From positions 160,001 through 224,000 of the forward strand of contig CAWCXJ010000013.1 in NCBI GenBank assembly GCA_963799485.1: a stretch of DNA of 64,000 bases, given 5' to 3'. Position 1 is the first letter of the stretch. Each line of letters begins with the position of its first letter. Under the pieces are notes generated by a model that ran no database searches, was not told the DNA's origin, and saw nothing but the letters and a program-made list of their open reading frames with translations. Source of the DNA: an uncultured Trueperaceae bacterium (lineage in GTDB: Bacteria; Deinococcota; Deinococci; Deinococcales; Trueperaceae). The position numbers were made by a program, and so were the translations under genes. This document shows, in pieces, positions 30,374-38,657 of the stretch.

Positions 30374-30505
30374 ACCCTATTATCATGAAAATGTCACATT
30401 TGTCCAGGCTTGGCTATAGGTGCCGGCAAATCTCTATGACGATTTTATGACAGTAAAGCGCCGTGAGCGCTTCGGAGCGCTTGAACGAGTCGGCAAGCTA
30501 AAGCT

Positions 30506-31528
30506 CTAGGGTCGTACCGATAGCTGGGCTGCGATAATGTCGTCCATCAGCCGGTCGAGCTCGGTATCGACGACCTGACGAGCCGGGTCGGCGTCGAACC
30601 AGGTCATGATTTCCTCGGCACCACGGGCAAAGGGGATGGTCGCGACGTAACCGGGTACGGTGCGTTTAAGTTTGCTGTTGTCGAATACCATACTGTGCGC
30701 CTTGTCGCCTAAGAGCCCCGCCCCCCAGCTTTCGTCGTAAGCGGCGATGACCTCCGAGGGGACGTGGACAAGCTGCGCGGTCGTCCCCGCTGCGTGGGCG
30801 ACCGTTGCAAAAATCTGGTTCCAGGTCAATATTTCGTCAGAAGTAATCTGAAAGGCGTCGCCGAGGGTGTGAGGATTGCCCAAGAGACCGACAAACCCTG
30901 CCGCAAAGTCGCGGTGGTGGGTCAGTACCCAGAGCGAAGTGCCGTCGCCGTGAACGATAACCGGCTTACCGCGGCGCATCCGGTCGACGACCGTATAACC
31001 GCCGTCCATCGGCAAAAGCGTCTGATCGTAGGTATGCGAAGGTCTCACAATCGTGACCGGAAAGCCCTCGTCGCGGTAGGCCCGCAAAAGCCGGTCTTCA
31101 CAGGCGATCTTGTCGCGAGAGTACTGCCAGTAGGGATTGCGGAGCGGGGTGGACTCGAGGATCGGCAGCTTTAGCGGCGGCGTCTGATACGCCGAGGCCG
31201 AGCTGATAAAGACGTACTGCCGGGTTCGGTTTCTGAACAACTCTAGGTCGGTCTCGGCGTGTTCAGGGGTAAACGCCACCCAGTTCACCACGGCGTCGAA
31301 GCTCAGGTCACCGAGTGCGGCGGTTGCCGAGTCCCGGTTACGAATATCACCCTGAAGGACGCGGGCACCCTCGGGGACGGGCCTTAAGCTGTGACCCCGG
31401 CTCAGCAGATACAGCTCGACCCCGCGCTGCACTGCCAGCTGTGCACAGGCCGAACTGATAATGCCGGTGCCGCCGATAAACAAGACCTTCATTGCCGGAC
31501 TACGCCGACTTCTGGGTTGGGCATACAA
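30506..31528 (-). CDS. NAD-dependent epimerase/dehydratase (extended SDR)
   Basis: FIGGTGIISS, FISSASAY, YSRDK, VRPSHTY; an alternative start is at 31492. Confidence 0.9.
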   Translation of the reverse strand: MYAQPRSRRSPAMKVLFIGGTGIISSACAQLAVQRGVELYLLSRGHSLRPVPEGARVLQGDIRNRDSATAALGDLSFDAVVNWVAFTPEHAETDLELFRNRTRQYVFISSASAYQTPPLKLPILESTPLRNPYWQYSRDKIACEDRLLRAYRDEGFPVTIVRPSHTYDQTLLPMDGGYTVVDRMRRGKPVIVHGDGTSLWVLTHHRDFAAGFVGLLGNPHTLGDAFQITSDEILTWNQIFATVAHAAGTTAQLVHVPSEVIAAYDESWGAGLLGDKAHSMVFDNSKLKRTVPGYVATIPFARGAEEIMTWFDADPARQVVDTELDRLMDDIIAAQLSVRP

Positions 31529-31769
31529 GTCTCCATCTTCAGAAAGTGTGTGAGGCGGGAAAACGTGTGGGTTGCGGTGATAGCTGTCTTACATTACCAC
31601 TGCGAGGACGCGAGGGGAGTGGCTGTCGGCGAACGAAGGTGAACAAATTTGACCGACTTAAGGTTCGCTTAAGCTCTGCCGTTTAGACTTCTCACATTAA
31701 ACGTCGCGCGTCTAAGGAGGCTGCCGTGAACCGTTATTCCTTTTACTTTTCCGCCGGCTCGAGTTCGCT

Positions 31770-32009
31770 ATGACGGCCCTTTTCCCGGATGTACCCGTGA
31801 TCATCGTCGTGCTCCATTTTGCTGCGCTGACAGCTCTACTCGGCTACGGTGCCGTCACGCAGTTGCGGCGTCTGCTTGTCCTCAGGCAGAGCCGACCGCA
31901 AACCCGGCAGCAGCGCCGCCGGCTGCTGCGTACAGGCCCGTTTCGCCCGCCGCAATTATTCGGCCCAGACAGGTCTTACGCGGCTAAACGAGACAGCGTC
32001 AACGGCTAG
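31770..32009 (+). CDS. Small single-TM hypothetical protein with an Arg-rich tail
   Basis: Hydrophobic helix followed by a basic tail; ATG overlaps the TGA of a 15-codon upstream ORF that has a TAAGGAGG RBS. Confidence 0.45.
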   Translation: MTALFPDVPVIIVVLHFAALTALLGYGAVTQLRRLLVLRQSRPQTRQQRRRLLRTGPFRPPQLFGPDRSYAAKRDSVNG

Positions 32010-32435
32010 CCCTTCCAGCTGCCGAAAAGAGTCACCGCCGGTCTTAACGAAGCCGGTACCCCGCAGCTTTCCCGCCCGAATCTGCGCGAACGTGCTCGAG
32101 CCGACGCCTTCGGCGACCTGATAACCGCAGCTTACAAAACGCCGTAAATGCAGCTTCAGCAGCGGTAAACCCTGCCCTGGGTACGCGATGCTGTTAGCGA
32201 AGATGCCGGCAGACAAGGCCAGCCCAAGCAGACCCCGTTACCCTGCGGCATCTGGCGCTAAGTCAACTCGAACCAGAAACGTCGCTTAAGGCCGGTGTCG
32301 AAGCCGGGCGTATGAGAGCGGGCCGGGGACTGCTTACGCAAAGTTTAGGCGTAAGCCCTGGACGCGGGTGCTACACCCCAAACGCGTGTGAGTAAATTGC
32401 GTATAGTAACACAAACGGTTACTGGAGGTAGAAAG

Positions 32436-33920
32436 GTGACGCAAGCGACCGAACTGGCTGGGCAAAAAGGTGAGAAGAAAATCGGGACGCTGCAAAAGGC
32501 GCTCGAGGTCAATCTGGAGGCGAGTAAATACGGCACGTTCGCCGAAATCGGCGCAGGGCAAGAGGTCGTCAGGTGGTTTTTTCAAGCGGGCGCCGCCGCC
32601 GCCACCATCGCCAAATCGATGTCGGCCTACGACATGACGGTCAGCGACGCGATTTACGGGCACGCCAAACGCTACGTCTCGAGAGACCGCCTGGAGACGA
32701 TGCTCACTTACGAATACGACCTCTTGATCGAACGCCTGAGCGCGCAGCGGCCCGACACCGAGTTTTTCGTCTTTGCCAATACGGTCGTGGCGCGCGGCTT
32801 CAAAGCGGGCGGCGAATATCACGGCTGGATGGGCATCTCGTACCAGTCGCAAGCGGGCGGCGAACCCAACCGCATCGTGATTCACGTGCGGATGCTCGAC
32901 AAAGAAACCTTGGCGCAGCAAGAAGCGCTCGGTATCTTGGGCGTCAACCTCATCTACGGGGCGCTCAACTACCAAGACGACGATATCCCCGACGACCTGA
33001 TGCGGGGCCTTTTGGACGACCTCAGCACCGCCCGCGTCGAGGTCGATATGATCGCCTTTTCAGGGCCGCAGTTTAGCGGTACCGACCACCGCCTGATGGC
33101 GCTCAAACTCGTACAGCTAGGTCTTTCCGACGCCGCGATGTTTTCCGCGCAGGGCGAAGTCTTTCAGCCGTCCGAAGTCTTGTACAAAAAACCAATTGTA
33201 GTCGAGCGTGGTTCATTTAGACCCGTTACCTACGTCAACTTAGATATGCTCGCGTGCGCCCGTGGGCAGTTTGAACGGCAGCTCGAGGACGGCGACGGCG
33301 AGATCGTCGAAGTCATGGAAATTACCATGAAAAACCTTTTGGCAACCGGTGAAATCGACTACAACGACTTTTTGGCCCGCGCCGATATCTTGGCGGCAAC
33401 CGGCGCGACGGTTTTAATCTCCAACTACTTCGAATACCACCGCCTGGCAGCCTATTTACGGCGCTACACCAAAAAACCTATCGCCATTACGATGGGTATT
33501 CCCAGCTTGGAGGGGCTTTTTAACGAAGGTTTTTACGAAGACCTTGCAGGGGGCATCTTGGAGTCGTTCGGGCGGTTGTTCAAAAACGACACCCGTTTGT
33601 ACATCTACCCGCTGCAAGACAGCGAAACCGGTCGGCTCACCACTGTGCAAAAGCTCAAAGTCGCGCCGCACCTGCGTAACTTGTACGCGCACCTCGTTGA
33701 AAACGGCTATATCGAGTCGATCGACTTTTACGACAAGAACTTTCTGCATATCTTTTCACGCGACGTGCTCGACAAGATCGCCGCGCACGATCCGTCGTGG
33801 GAAGAGATGGTACCCGAGCAGGTTGCCGCGCTTATTAAAGAGCGTCGGTTTTTCGGTTATGAGCCCCACGCTGCTCCGCAAGCGACGCCAAACGCAGAAA
33901 CCGAGTCGGAGCCTGCTTAA
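32436..33920 (+). CDS. Uncharacterised conserved protein with a nucleotidyltransferase-like C-terminal domain
   Basis: YGTFAEIGAGQE, AKSMSAYD..SDAIYG; ERGSFRPVT resembles GSFNP of the HIGH-superfamily; start GTG 32436 after GGAGG. Confidence 0.75.
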   Translation: MTQATELAGQKGEKKIGTLQKALEVNLEASKYGTFAEIGAGQEVVRWFFQAGAAAATIAKSMSAYDMTVSDAIYGHAKRYVSRDRLETMLTYEYDLLIERLSAQRPDTEFFVFANTVVARGFKAGGEYHGWMGISYQSQAGGEPNRIVIHVRMLDKETLAQQEALGILGVNLIYGALNYQDDDIPDDLMRGLLDDLSTARVEVDMIAFSGPQFSGTDHRLMALKLVQLGLSDAAMFSAQGEVFQPSEVLYKKPIVVERGSFRPVTYVNLDMLACARGQFERQLEDGDGEIVEVMEITMKNLLATGEIDYNDFLARADILAATGATVLISNYFEYHRLAAYLRRYTKKPIAITMGIPSLEGLFNEGFYEDLAGGILESFGRLFKNDTRLYIYPLQDSETGRLTTVQKLKVAPHLRNLYAHLVENGYIESIDFYDKNFLHIFSRDVLDKIAAHDPSWEEMVPEQVAALIKERRFFGYEPHAAPQATPNAETESEPA

Positions 33921-34026
33921 GCTTCAGGAAATGCTTGGGCAAATGGTGGAAACCGAGCTCGAGCCGGGGCGCTGCTTTGCCCGGCGCAGAACACGCAGCA
34001 ATTGACAATGTGCGAAACTAGAGGGT

Positions 34027-34743
34027 ATGAACCTCTCTAACGCGCAGCAAATTGACCTTACCGCGCTCTATTACGGCGCTTTTTTAGTCCATAGCCGCGG
34101 GGACGACGCTTGGTACCTCTACAGTGAAGGGGAGGCCGCCGATCAGGTCGAAGCGTCCGACGCCGAACACTACGTTGCTCACGGCTGGGTGCAGCGCCAG
34201 GGGTTTGAAAGTTCGGTCGATCTGGAGCTTTACGCCCTGACGAGCGCAGGTCAAGAGCTGCTCGAGCCCTACCTCGCGGCTGAAGGGGAGGAAACGGACG
34301 GTGAAGCGGGCGCGCGGCTCCTGCTCGCTGCTACCGCCGGAACGCGGGCGTACCTGCTCTCGGTTCCGGTTTCCCCTGAAGACGTCGAAACGCTCCGGCG
34401 GCGTTTTGTACTGGCCGAAACGCTTTCGGCTGCCGACGATGATTTTGTCGCGCTCGAGTACGGCGCGGACGTGTCGGCCTACGACCCCGAACAGAGCGGA
34501 GAAATTCAGGAGCTGCGCGCCGAGGCGCAGGGGGCGGCGCTGTTGGCGACCTTGCCCGACGACTTCGCCGCCGGCGCGGAACTTACGCTGAGCTGGGCGA
34601 GCGTGCTGGTCAGCGAATCGGGGTTTGCCTTCGCTGCGGGCACGGAGTCCGGGGAGAGGCTCGAGACCGACGAACTCACCGAAACCGAGCTGATGACCCT
34701 CGCCATGACGCTCCTCAGCGACGAGCCTTTGACGCAAGCCTAG
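34027..34743 (+). CDS. Highly acidic hypothetical protein
   Basis: 238-aa ORF with host-like codon use, TTGACA and GAGGG upstream, and no lysine. Confidence 0.75.
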   Translation: MNLSNAQQIDLTALYYGAFLVHSRGDDAWYLYSEGEAADQVEASDAEHYVAHGWVQRQGFESSVDLELYALTSAGQELLEPYLAAEGEETDGEAGARLLLAATAGTRAYLLSVPVSPEDVETLRRRFVLAETLSAADDDFVALEYGADVSAYDPEQSGEIQELRAEAQGAALLATLPDDFAAGAELTLSWASVLVSESGFAFAAGTESGERLETDELTETELMTLAMTLLSDEPLTQA

Positions 34744-34768
34744 CGGTGCAAAACGCTAGACTAGCCTT

Positions 34769-35836
34769 ATGAGCGTGCGCCCTAGCGTGCGGGCAGCGCG
34801 GGCGTATCACTTTAGCGCCCGCCCCGCCCGCATCAAACTCGACCAGAACGAATCCCCTTACGACTTGCCCGCTGAACTCAAAGCCGAGGTCTGGGCAAAA
34901 CTTCAAACTCTTTCCTGGAACCGCTACTCCGAACTCGCCGCCGAGCCCTTGCGCGCCGCCATCGCCCGCTTTCACGACTGGGACGAAACCGGGGTCGTCG
35001 TGTCAAACGGCTCGAACGTCCTCATTCAGGCATTTGTGGCAGCGTGCGGTACCGAGCAGCGGGTGCTGAGCGTAAGCCCGACGTTTGCGGTTTACGGCGA
35101 ACAGGCGCGGCTTTTGGGTGCGTCCTTGACCGAAGTGCCGTTGGCAGACGATTTTGGTTTGCCGCTAACTCGCCTTTTGGCTGAGCTAAAACGTGGCCCC
35201 GGCGTCTTTTTTCTGGCAAACCCGGCTGCGCCCACGGGCAATACTTTTTCACCCGACGAGCTGGCAACACTCACCGAGAGCGCCGCGCCGGACTGGACGC
35301 TCGTCTTCGATGAGGCGTACCACCAGTTTGCCGACACCGACCTGTTATCGTTAGCTCGAGCAAATCCGCATACTGCGTCACTCCGCACTTTTAGCAAGGC
35401 GTTCGGTTTAGGCGGTGTCCGGCTCGGGTACGCCCTGACGAGTCCTGAACTGGCGCAAAATGTGCAGAAGTTGCTGCTCCCGTTTTCGGTTTCGGCGCTG
35501 CAAGTCGCGACCGGTTTGACCGTTTTGGAGCACTCCGAATATGTCGCGCTCCGGGCTGCCGAAGCCAAACGCGAACGCGCGTATCTGTTCGGTGAACTGC
35601 AGAGATTGCCCGGCCTCGAGGTCTATCCCTCGCAAACCAACTTTCTCCTCTTCCGCATAGGGAACGCTGAAGGATTTTTTGACGCGCTGCTAAGTGAAGG
35701 CATTCTCGTGCGAAGGCAAGACCATCTGCCGGGGCTTGCGGGTTGCCTGCGCGTTTCGGTCGGAACACCAGAAGAAAACCGTGCGTTTATTGCGGCAGCG
35801 AAAAAAGTGAGTGAGGCGGTGAGGGTGCGTGGCTAG
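34769..35836 (+). CDS. hisC: Histidinol-phosphate aminotransferase
   Basis: KLDQNE.P, DEAYHQF, RTFSKAFGLGGVRLG, LRVSVG; upstream of hisB. Confidence 0.93.
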   Translation: MSVRPSVRAARAYHFSARPARIKLDQNESPYDLPAELKAEVWAKLQTLSWNRYSELAAEPLRAAIARFHDWDETGVVVSNGSNVLIQAFVAACGTEQRVLSVSPTFAVYGEQARLLGASLTEVPLADDFGLPLTRLLAELKRGPGVFFLANPAAPTGNTFSPDELATLTESAAPDWTLVFDEAYHQFADTDLLSLARANPHTASLRTFSKAFGLGGVRLGYALTSPELAQNVQKLLLPFSVSALQVATGLTVLEHSEYVALRAAEAKRERAYLFGELQRLPGLEVYPSQTNFLLFRIGNAEGFFDALLSEGILVRRQDHLPGLAGCLRVSVGTPEENRAFIAAAKKVSEAVRVRG

Positions 35837-36410
35837 AACCGCGACAGTTAGAAGGGTGACGAATGAGACGCAGCTCGAGGTCACTTTAGACCTGGACGCG
35901 CCAGCGGGCGGCACGGCGGCAACCGGGCACGGTTTTTTAGACCACATGCTGGAGCAGCTCATCCGCCACGGCGCGTTTTCGCTCACCGTAAAAGGTCAGG
36001 GCGACCTTCATATCGACGTGCATCATTTAGCCGAAGACACCGGCATCACGCTCGGACAAGCGTTTGCTGAAGCTTTGGGCGACAAAAAAGGCGTCGCCCG
36101 CTACGCCGACGCGTTTGTGCCGATGGACGAGACGCTGGCGCACGTGGTACTGGATTTTTCCGGGCGGCCCTGGTTGTCGTTCGACCCTGCCGGGTTTGAA
36201 GGCAGTGCAGGCGGGTTTAACGTCCATCACCTCCGCGAGCTGTTGCGCGGATTTTGCAACCACGCGGGCGTCACCATGCACGTGCGGGTACTTTCCGGCG
36301 TAGAGGTGCATCACGTCAGCGAGGCTATCGTCAAGGCGTGGGCGCGGGCGCTCCACGAGGCAACGCAAATTGTTTCGGATACATTGCCCTCAACCAAAGG
36401 GACCCTGTGA
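35829..36410 (+). CDS. hisB: Imidazoleglycerol-phosphate dehydratase
   Basis: FLDHML, IDVHH..ED, PMDE, HHVSEA, PSTKGTL. Confidence 0.96.
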   Translation: MARTATVRRVTNETQLEVTLDLDAPAGGTAATGHGFLDHMLEQLIRHGAFSLTVKGQGDLHIDVHHLAEDTGITLGQAFAEALGDKKGVARYADAFVPMDETLAHVVLDFSGRPWLSFDPAGFEGSAGGFNVHHLRELLRGFCNHAGVTMHVRVLSGVEVHHVSEAIVKAWARALHEATQIVSDTLPSTKGTL

Positions 36411-37042
36411 AAAAAAGTGTGAAAGTTGCGCTTATCGATTACGGCGCGAGCAACCTGCACAGCGTTTATAAAGCTCTGGCACGCAGCGGAGCCGAGGTCG
36501 AAGTTGCCACTGACCCCGAGCAGGTCGTACAGGCCGACGCGCTCGTCTTACCGGGGCAAGGCCATTTTCGGCAGGTGATGGCGGCGTTTCTGGCATCCGG
36601 GTTTGAGCCGGTCGTCAGGGCACATATCGCCGCAGAAAAACCTTTCTTGGGAATTTGCGTAGGCTTGCAGCTCTTGATGAACGGATCTGAAGAAGCTCCC
36701 GGCGTGCCAGGTCTGGCGCTTTTACCCGGTACCGTAAAACGTTTTCCCAAAGGTGTGAGCGTACCACAGATGGGCTGGAACCAGATTTTCAAATCGAGCC
36801 AGCCTGCGCTCTTAGACGGTGTTCCCGACGGTGCGTTCGCCTATTTTGCCAACTCGTACTATGTGGACTTTGAAGACGAAGGCGTCCCCGGTGCAACGAC
36901 CGAGTACGGCGGCGTAAGTTTCAAGAGTGCGGTCTCTGCCGGGCAACTCTGCGCCACGCAGTTCCATCCGGAGAAGAGTCAGGCGGTCGGGCTGAAGGTT
37001 TTGGCAAACTTTTGCAGGCTGGTACAACCTTGTACCAGCTAG
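36407..37042 (+). CDS. hisH: Imidazole glycerol phosphate synthase, glutamine amidotransferase subunit
   Basis: DYGASNL.SV, LPGQG, GICVGLQ, QMGWN, QFHPEKS; GTG overlaps the hisB stop. Confidence 0.95.
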   Translation: MKKSVKVALIDYGASNLHSVYKALARSGAEVEVATDPEQVVQADALVLPGQGHFRQVMAAFLASGFEPVVRAHIAAEKPFLGICVGLQLLMNGSEEAPGVPGLALLPGTVKRFPKGVSVPQMGWNQIFKSSQPALLDGVPDGAFAYFANSYYVDFEDEGVPGATTEYGGVSFKSAVSAGQLCATQFHPEKSQAVGLKVLANFCRLVQPCTS

Positions 37043-37224
37043 CAGGTGTAGGGTCGCGATCCGAACCGATCTTTCCCTGCTAAAACGGAGACTGAGTTAG
37101 ACCTCTGATGAAACTATGGGGGTGAGATAAACCGGGAATGTCCCGTAGCGCAGAAACGCTGTTGCGAACGAGTACCCGTAGCAGCCAAACTTAAAGAAGC
37201 CGGTGGCTCCGCCGAACTTTGCAC

Positions 37225-37252
37225 ACTACGGGTAATCTGCGTTATGTTAAAC
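37225..37252 (+). other. dif-like XerC/XerD recombination site
   Basis: ACTACGGGTAA-TCTGCG-TTATGTTAAAC has 11-6-11 geometry; the right arm is 10/11 identical to the E. coli XerD arm TTATGTTAAAT; non-coding location. Confidence 0.72.
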
Positions 37253-37676
37253 CGTAAGCCGTTGGGAAAACAGCGCTGTCCACCGACCGGCCCAGTCGAG
37301 AGGCTCGAGCGCTAAACGCTCCGCGTCACCCCGGACAAACGTGTGGTTGCCTAAAAGCAGTGCTAGCGCCAACGCTGCTCGAGCTTAAAAGCCTCCGGCT
37401 AATGTGCCGCCAAGTCCGTAAAAACAAGTTTCAGCACCTCCCACTGCGCCGTGTGAAACCCGGTGAGTAACCCAGTAACCCGGTCTCACCGCTTAAGATA
37501 CTCGCGCGGTGCACCGTTTAAGAGCTAACGTTTGAGGGCGACTTCGGCGGCGCAGTGCGGCACTTCAACGTGGTCAGCGCTTCACCGGGGCGCAGGGCGC
37601 AAGCTACCCCGGCCTCGAGCGTTTCACCAAAAAACTCAGCGTAGAAGACGTTTTGGCATTTTGCTCGGTGCGCGGG

Positions 37677-38657
37677 TCATGTGGTGAAAAAGTCCAGCGG
37701 GGGTAGCGTTTCAGTAAGCGGGGCGTAGTCTGTTATCGGTGCGTGGGCCGCGAGCGCCAGCAACAGTGCCCCGACGACCGGCTCGAAAGGGGAGAGCCCG
37801 GCCTCGGCTCCCGGTAATTCTCGCAAAACGTGGGCGCTTACGGCGTCCCGTAAAGCAGAGCCGGGATGACGCAGCACGCCGCCTGCCAGCACCAGCGGAA
37901 ACGTGTGCCCCAAGCCTACCTTGCGCGCCGCTACGCACGCATATTCGCCGAGCGTTTGACCGGCCTGCCGGACGAGCTCGAGCGCTACCGCGTCGCCTCT
38001 GTCGGCTGCGTCAAGCAACAGGCGAGACAGGCTCGCGCGCCGCCCGGCAGGTTCGGCTTTGCGGGCCGTCAGGTGGTGAAGAACCTTTTCAACGCTCGAG
38101 CAGCCGAAATAGCCCAGTACCGACTCGGTAAGTAAAGTGCTGGGGCCGAGGCCGAGTTCGGCGCGGTAGACCGCCTGCAGCGCGCGTTCACTCAGCTCGG
38201 CCCCGCCGCCCGGCTCCTGCCAGAATGAACTGTGCCAGACGCGTGCACCGCGCCGCGCGCCGATGGCTGCGCCCGTACCACAAACGACCGCGACCCCGTC
38301 TCCGGGTGTACCCGCGCGAAGTGCCCCGAGCGCGTCGTTGACGACAAGAATATGCTTACCGTAGCCGCGAGCCTTTATTTCCCCTCTCCAAAACGCAAAG
38401 TCTTCAGGCCAGTCGGCCCCGACCAGACTAAAACAGCTTGCCGTCAGGTCGGCTGCCGCGACGCCCGCTCCACGCAGCGCCTCCTCGACCGCCGTCGTCA
38501 CCGACGTAAGAGCTGTTTTTTCCGAAACGTAGATGTCGCCGCCGCCGCCGCGTCCCCAACCGCGAACCCGGCCTGAGGCGCTGCACACCAGCGCCACGGT
38601 TTTGGAATTGCCCGCATCGACGCCCAGAAAACAGCCTGAATGCACTTTCGCTACCAC
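37677..38657 (-). CDS. BadF/BadG/BcrA/BcrD-type sugar kinase (N-acetylglucosamine kinase-like)
   Basis: LGVDAGNSKT, GADWPED, VNDALGAL, VCGTG, LAGGVL. Confidence 0.88.
   Translation of the reverse strand: MVAKVHSGCFLGVDAGNSKTVALVCSASGRVRGWGRGGGGDIYVSEKTALTSVTTAVEEALRGAGVAAADLTASCFSLVGADWPEDFAFWRGEIKARGYGKHILVVNDALGALRAGTPGDGVAVVCGTGAAIGARRGARVWHSSFWQEPGGGAELSERALQAVYRAELGLGPSTLLTESVLGYFGCSSVEKVLHHLTARKAEPAGRRASLSRLLLDAADRGDAVALELVRQAGQTLGEYACVAARKVGLGHTFPLVLAGGVLRHPGSALRDAVSAHVLRELPGAEAGLSPFEPVVGALLLALAAHAPITDYAPLTETLPPLDFFTT

Noticed and set aside
31956..32216. 86-aa minus-strand ORF, possible gene remnant
   Set aside because: TTG start without RBS, in-frame stop just upstream, no sustained family match
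37101..37160. Hammerhead ribozyme (CTGATGA...GAAA)
   Set aside because: Stem II is not flush with the core and no convincing stems I/III or cleavage triplet were found
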